From Chloroflexota bacterium (GTDB taxonomy: Bacteria > Chloroflexota > Anaerolineae > Anaerolineales > UBA11858), in the NCBI GenBank assembly GCA_034717875.1, contig JAYELX010000559.1, positions 1 through 30,820 of the forward strand: DNA of 30,820 nucleotides. The letters are read 5' to 3'. A program made the position numbers and the translations under genes. Shown piece after piece: positions 28,248 through 30,820 of the stretch; within the stretch, counting starts at the first letter, position 1; the number at the start of each line of letters is the position of its first letter. Below the pieces are notes generated by a model. The model had not been told where the DNA came from. It saw only the letters and a program-made list of their open reading frames with translations, and made no database searches.

Positions 28248-28259
28248 ATCACCTCCTTT
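28248..28259 (-). promoter_or_regulatory. Orphan perfect Shine-Dalgarno sequence in the leader
   Basis: AAAGGAGGTGAT with no start codon at normal spacing; the gene has its own AGGAGG SD. Confidence 0.45.
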
Positions 28260-28376
28260 CGATGATGCTTAGGTAGTTCTAAAAAAACAGGTCTTTTTCT
28301 GGAACGGCCTTAACTCACAACTACTTGTTTATTTATACGCATACTCAGCAATTCCAGATATACGAGCCTTTGATGT

Positions 28377-28427
28377 AAAAACAAAACCGCCAAAGTTCAC
28401 GTAGTTTGTATGAACTGCCTGGCGGTT
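28377..28427 (-). terminator. Leader intrinsic terminator (possible attenuator)
   Basis: aaccgcca..agttca / tgaact..tggcggtt stem followed by ttgttttt on the minus strand. Confidence 0.65.
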
Positions 28428-28440
28428 AAATTTCTGACAT
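28426..28440 (-). CDS. Putative 4-codon leader peptide MSEI
   Basis: AAGGAGG (28458-28452), 11 nt, ATG TCA GAA ATT TAA; the stop overlaps the terminator 5' arm. Confidence 0.35.
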   Translation of the reverse strand: MSEI

Positions 28441-28516
28441 GCAGATAAAAGCCTCCTTGACTTTACTGGAGCAATATCGCTACGATAATCAAACGTATTC
28501 TTATCGCATTTTACTC

Positions 28517-28555
28517 GTATATTGGAAATATATCAGAAGTCGGAGAGCTTGTCAA
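28517..28555 (-). promoter_or_regulatory. sigma70-type promoter of the liv-DAO-mttB operon with an overlapping palindrome
   Basis: TTGACA (28555-28550), N17, TATATT (28532-28527); palindrome TATATT-N3-AATATA over the -10. Confidence 0.7.
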
Positions 28556-28612
28556 CATCTTTTTGGGCTTCTATCATGGCAATTGTATATGAATAATCAG
28601 TAGCTTTTTAAG

Positions 28613-28740
28613 GGATAGCGAGGGTCTCCTGACCGAGCGGCTGCGTGCGTTTCTGTTCGGTCGTACAACCCAGGGTTTGCCAGGGGCGCGCATGCGGATG
28701 CACGCAAAGCGAGCGTGCTTCGCGAAGACCTTCACTATCC
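28613..28740. repeat. 128-bp MITE/REP-like element with 15-bp imperfect terminal inverted repeats
   Basis: ggatagcgagggtct / agaccttcactatcc; internal gaccgagcg, gttcggtcg and gcgtgcttcgcgaagacc shared with 1309-1532. Confidence 0.75.
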
Positions 28741-28839
28741 TTGGTTAGATTAGGGCTGTATATTCAATCCTTTATCCGATCGCCCTGATTATATTGCTTT
28801 CGATGACAGCGATGGAATGTTTCGACAATACAGCAACAG

Positions 28840-29040
28840 GTGCATTGCACTTAGGGGAGTGCGTTGCACCTGCGAGGTGGTAAATACAAGATGTTTCCTG
28901 TCGCCCCAATGTGCAACGCACCAATGATATCTCGTTCCATCCGCTCTGCGGTGGAACACTTCATACTTACAATGCAACCACTACACAAGATGTTTCCTGT
29001 CGCCCCAATGTGCAACGCATCGAGAGCAAATGCAATGCAC
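28840..29040. repeat. Composite repeat: two exact 35-bp direct repeats plus GTGCA(A/T)YGCA palindromic arms
   Basis: acaagatgtttcctgtcgccccaatgtgcaacgca at 28886-28920 and 28985-29019; gtgcattgca (28840) / tgcaatgcac (29031). Confidence 0.8.
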
Positions 29041-29084
29041 ATCCTCTTTGAGCAAGTTCGTTTACGGTTTGATAGAAAGATACT

Positions 29085-30524
29085 TTACTCCTCAGCTTTT
29101 TGAATGACAGCATCTAAGGTCTCAGCAATGCTTTGGTCTAAAGCCGCTGGTTCGTAAGTCTCGAAGACTTCACGAACTTTGGCACTTGCGCGATCCCCCA
29201 TGGTCAGCTCCCCGTCAAGTTCCCATTCTTCCCGAGATGAGCGGTCAAAGAGTTTGGGAATCCAATTGCGGCGGAAGTGTTGGAAGGTGTGGTCGTCGCC
29301 TACAAAGTTGCCACCCGGCCCAACACGGTCAATAGCCTCCAGAGCGATGGTTTCATTGTCGATCTCAATCCCACCCATGAAACGTTTCACCAGACCGGCC
29401 ACCTCATTCATGGCTACAATTTGCTCATACGAAGCGGTTAATCCCGATTCGATGTAACCGACATCGTGGATCAAATTTCCACCTCCCAGCGCCGTAATCA
29501 TCATCCAAATTGCACCTTCCGCGGCGGCTTGTTGGTCGAAGGCTTTTGAGTCAGAGCAGCCAGAGAAGCTGAAGATTGGCAATTTGTAATAGTGATACAT
29601 CTCGCTGAAAGCGGTCATCGCCAGCATGAACTCCGGCGCGGCGTAGGAAATTGCTCCCTTGGCCATATCCATGAAAAGGATGCCGCCCGCACCGATCACT
29701 GGCGCGCCCTCGCGTACAAGTTGGGTGATCAGCAGCCCGCTGAGTGCCTCGGCGTTAGCTTGCACTAGTGCGCCAGCAACGGTCACCGGAGCGGTGGCGC
29801 CAATCATCATGCCGGGTGTGTAGACGACCGGCAGGCCTTTGTCTGCCAGGAAAAGTAATTTTTCGCAGCTCTCTTCAGCGTGGGTCAAGGGGGAAATGGG
29901 CTCACTGTACAGCGCCATGAAAGGATTTCGGCGCAGGGCTTCGGCACCACCGGCGACAGCTTCCGCCATTTCGACGATGGCTTTCAGGTTTGAACGGCTC
30001 CAGGCGGTGTAGATGATGGGCTTGGAGGTGTTATGAACCATCTCCCGAAAGTGATACAAGTCCGAGATAGACTCGGTCACATCAGAAGCGATGCCCATGC
30101 ACATGAGAAAGTCAATGTGCTCTAAAGCGTCCACCAATTTTGCCACATTAGCCACATCTTCCAATACGGCTTTTCGGCGCTGGCCGGTATAGGCATCAAT
30201 AACAAAGGGCGTGTCAGACCCAGTTCCATAGTACCCTTTGCGGCCTTCCAGTTCCATGGCGGGATTTCCGTCTCGGTCGCACAACACAACCCTGCTGGGC
30301 GCGACGCGGATGGCCCAATCAATCAGGTCAGGTGGGATGCGCACACGGGCACCATCCAGCCAGCATCCAGCTTCTTTCAGTAACTCGCGCACCTCGGGAA
30401 CGAGCACATCCACCCCGGTGCGGCGGAGTACCTCCAGAGTCGCACTGTGAATCTTGCCTTTTTGCTCGTCACTGAGCAGATGAATGCCGGGACTTACTTG
30501 AGCAGTAAAATTGCTGTTGATCAT
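29085..30524 (-). CDS. mttB: Non-pyrrolysine trimethylamine methyltransferase-family protein, paralog 4
   Basis: 479 aa; YGTGSD, EPISPL, GATAPVT, AAPE, SGCSDSKAFDQQA, IHDVGYIE, VGPGGNF. Confidence 0.93.
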   Translation of the reverse strand: MINSNFTAQVSPGIHLLSDEQKGKIHSATLEVLRRTGVDVLVPEVRELLKEAGCWLDGARVRIPPDLIDWAIRVAPSRVVLCDRDGNPAMELEGRKGYYGTGSDTPFVIDAYTGQRRKAVLEDVANVAKLVDALEHIDFLMCMGIASDVTESISDLYHFREMVHNTSKPIIYTAWSRSNLKAIVEMAEAVAGGAEALRRNPFMALYSEPISPLTHAEESCEKLLFLADKGLPVVYTPGMMIGATAPVTVAGALVQANAEALSGLLITQLVREGAPVIGAGGILFMDMAKGAISYAAPEFMLAMTAFSEMYHYYKLPIFSFSGCSDSKAFDQQAAAEGAIWMMITALGGGNLIHDVGYIESGLTASYEQIVAMNEVAGLVKRFMGGIEIDNETIALEAIDRVGPGGNFVGDDHTFQHFRRNWIPKLFDRSSREEWELDGELTMGDRASAKVREVFETYEPAALDQSIAETLDAVIQKAEE

Positions 30525-30612
30525 CTTTTCTCCTTTACTATTTTGAGACGATTTCTAATTCAATTCTTGGGGTGGTTCACGGTTAAGATAAAACTTTTTG
30601 TAAAATATCTCA

Positions 30613-30752
30613 GCGCCGGTCGAGTGTTGCCGTTGCCTTTGCCGTAGGCATGCAAAGCAAGGCATGCAAAGCAAGGCACGCAAAGCAAGGCACGCAAAGC
30701 GCTCGCTGTAGTTTTGCGAAGCACGCAAAGCGACCGAAAATGTATCGAGACC
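30613..30752 (-). repeat. Expanded copy of the GGTCTCGATA...ACACTCGACCGGCGC element containing a 14-bp tandem repeat
   Basis: ggca(t/c)gcaaagcaa about 3.9 times (30647-30700) between gcgccggtcgagtgtt and tatcgagacc. Confidence 0.75.
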
Positions 30753-30820
30753 TAGCGGCCTAATACAGCAATATTCCCTTCCCGCAAGGGATGCCTTCGG
30801 CGCAATAACCCGCAAACTTG

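Noticed and set aside
28426-28440. Leader peptide MSEI equals the first four residues of corrinoid protein 2
   Set aside because: The codons differ (ATG TCA GAA ATT vs ATG AGT GAA ATT), there is no flanking homology, and MSEI is a common N-terminus.
28886-29019. Possible mini CRISPR array (two 35-bp repeats)
   Set aside because: Only two repeats; the 64-bp spacer is too long and is itself a repeat also found at 16034-16113; no cas genes in the window.
12064-30524. Pyrrolysine read-through in the MttB genes
   Set aside because: All four ORFs are full length with no in-frame TAG, and no pyl genes are in the window.
30775-30820. GCAA- and UUCG-like small hairpins at the right edge suggesting an ncRNA
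   Set aside because: Too short and truncated by the window; similar mini-hairpins occur in the local repeat families.

Overview
A gene-dense window with 23 CDS, all on the minus strand, encoding an anaerobic cobalamin-dependent methyl-transfer island. It holds four non-pyrrolysine MttB-family (trimethylamine methyltransferase superfamily) substrate:corrinoid methyltransferases, two corrinoid proteins, a corrinoid:tetrahydrofolate methyltransferase (AcsE/MeTr-like) and an ATP-dependent corrinoid reductive activator (RACE/RACo type). It also holds a 1039-aa double-flavin HdrA coupled to MvhD with no HdrBC, a Liv-type ABC importer co-transcribed with a DAO-family flavoprotein, an EamA transporter, two GntR(FCD) regulators, two CBS+ACT proteins and two orphan hydantoinase-A/ASKHA proteins. 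The left hydantoinase-A copy runs off the window edge and is missing from the ORF track. Intergenic DNA contains a collapsed pseudogene of an HcnAB/sarcosine-oxidase-like module, a long leader with a 4-codon uORF overlapping a terminator, two candidate operator motifs and several families of REP/MITE-like palindromes. Gene style and the repeat content suggest an anaerobic bacterium, possibly Chloroflexota (Anaerolineae); this is an impression and cannot be established here. No rRNA, tRNA, CRISPR array or transposase was seen. Family assignments rest on motif recognition by eye, not on database searches.
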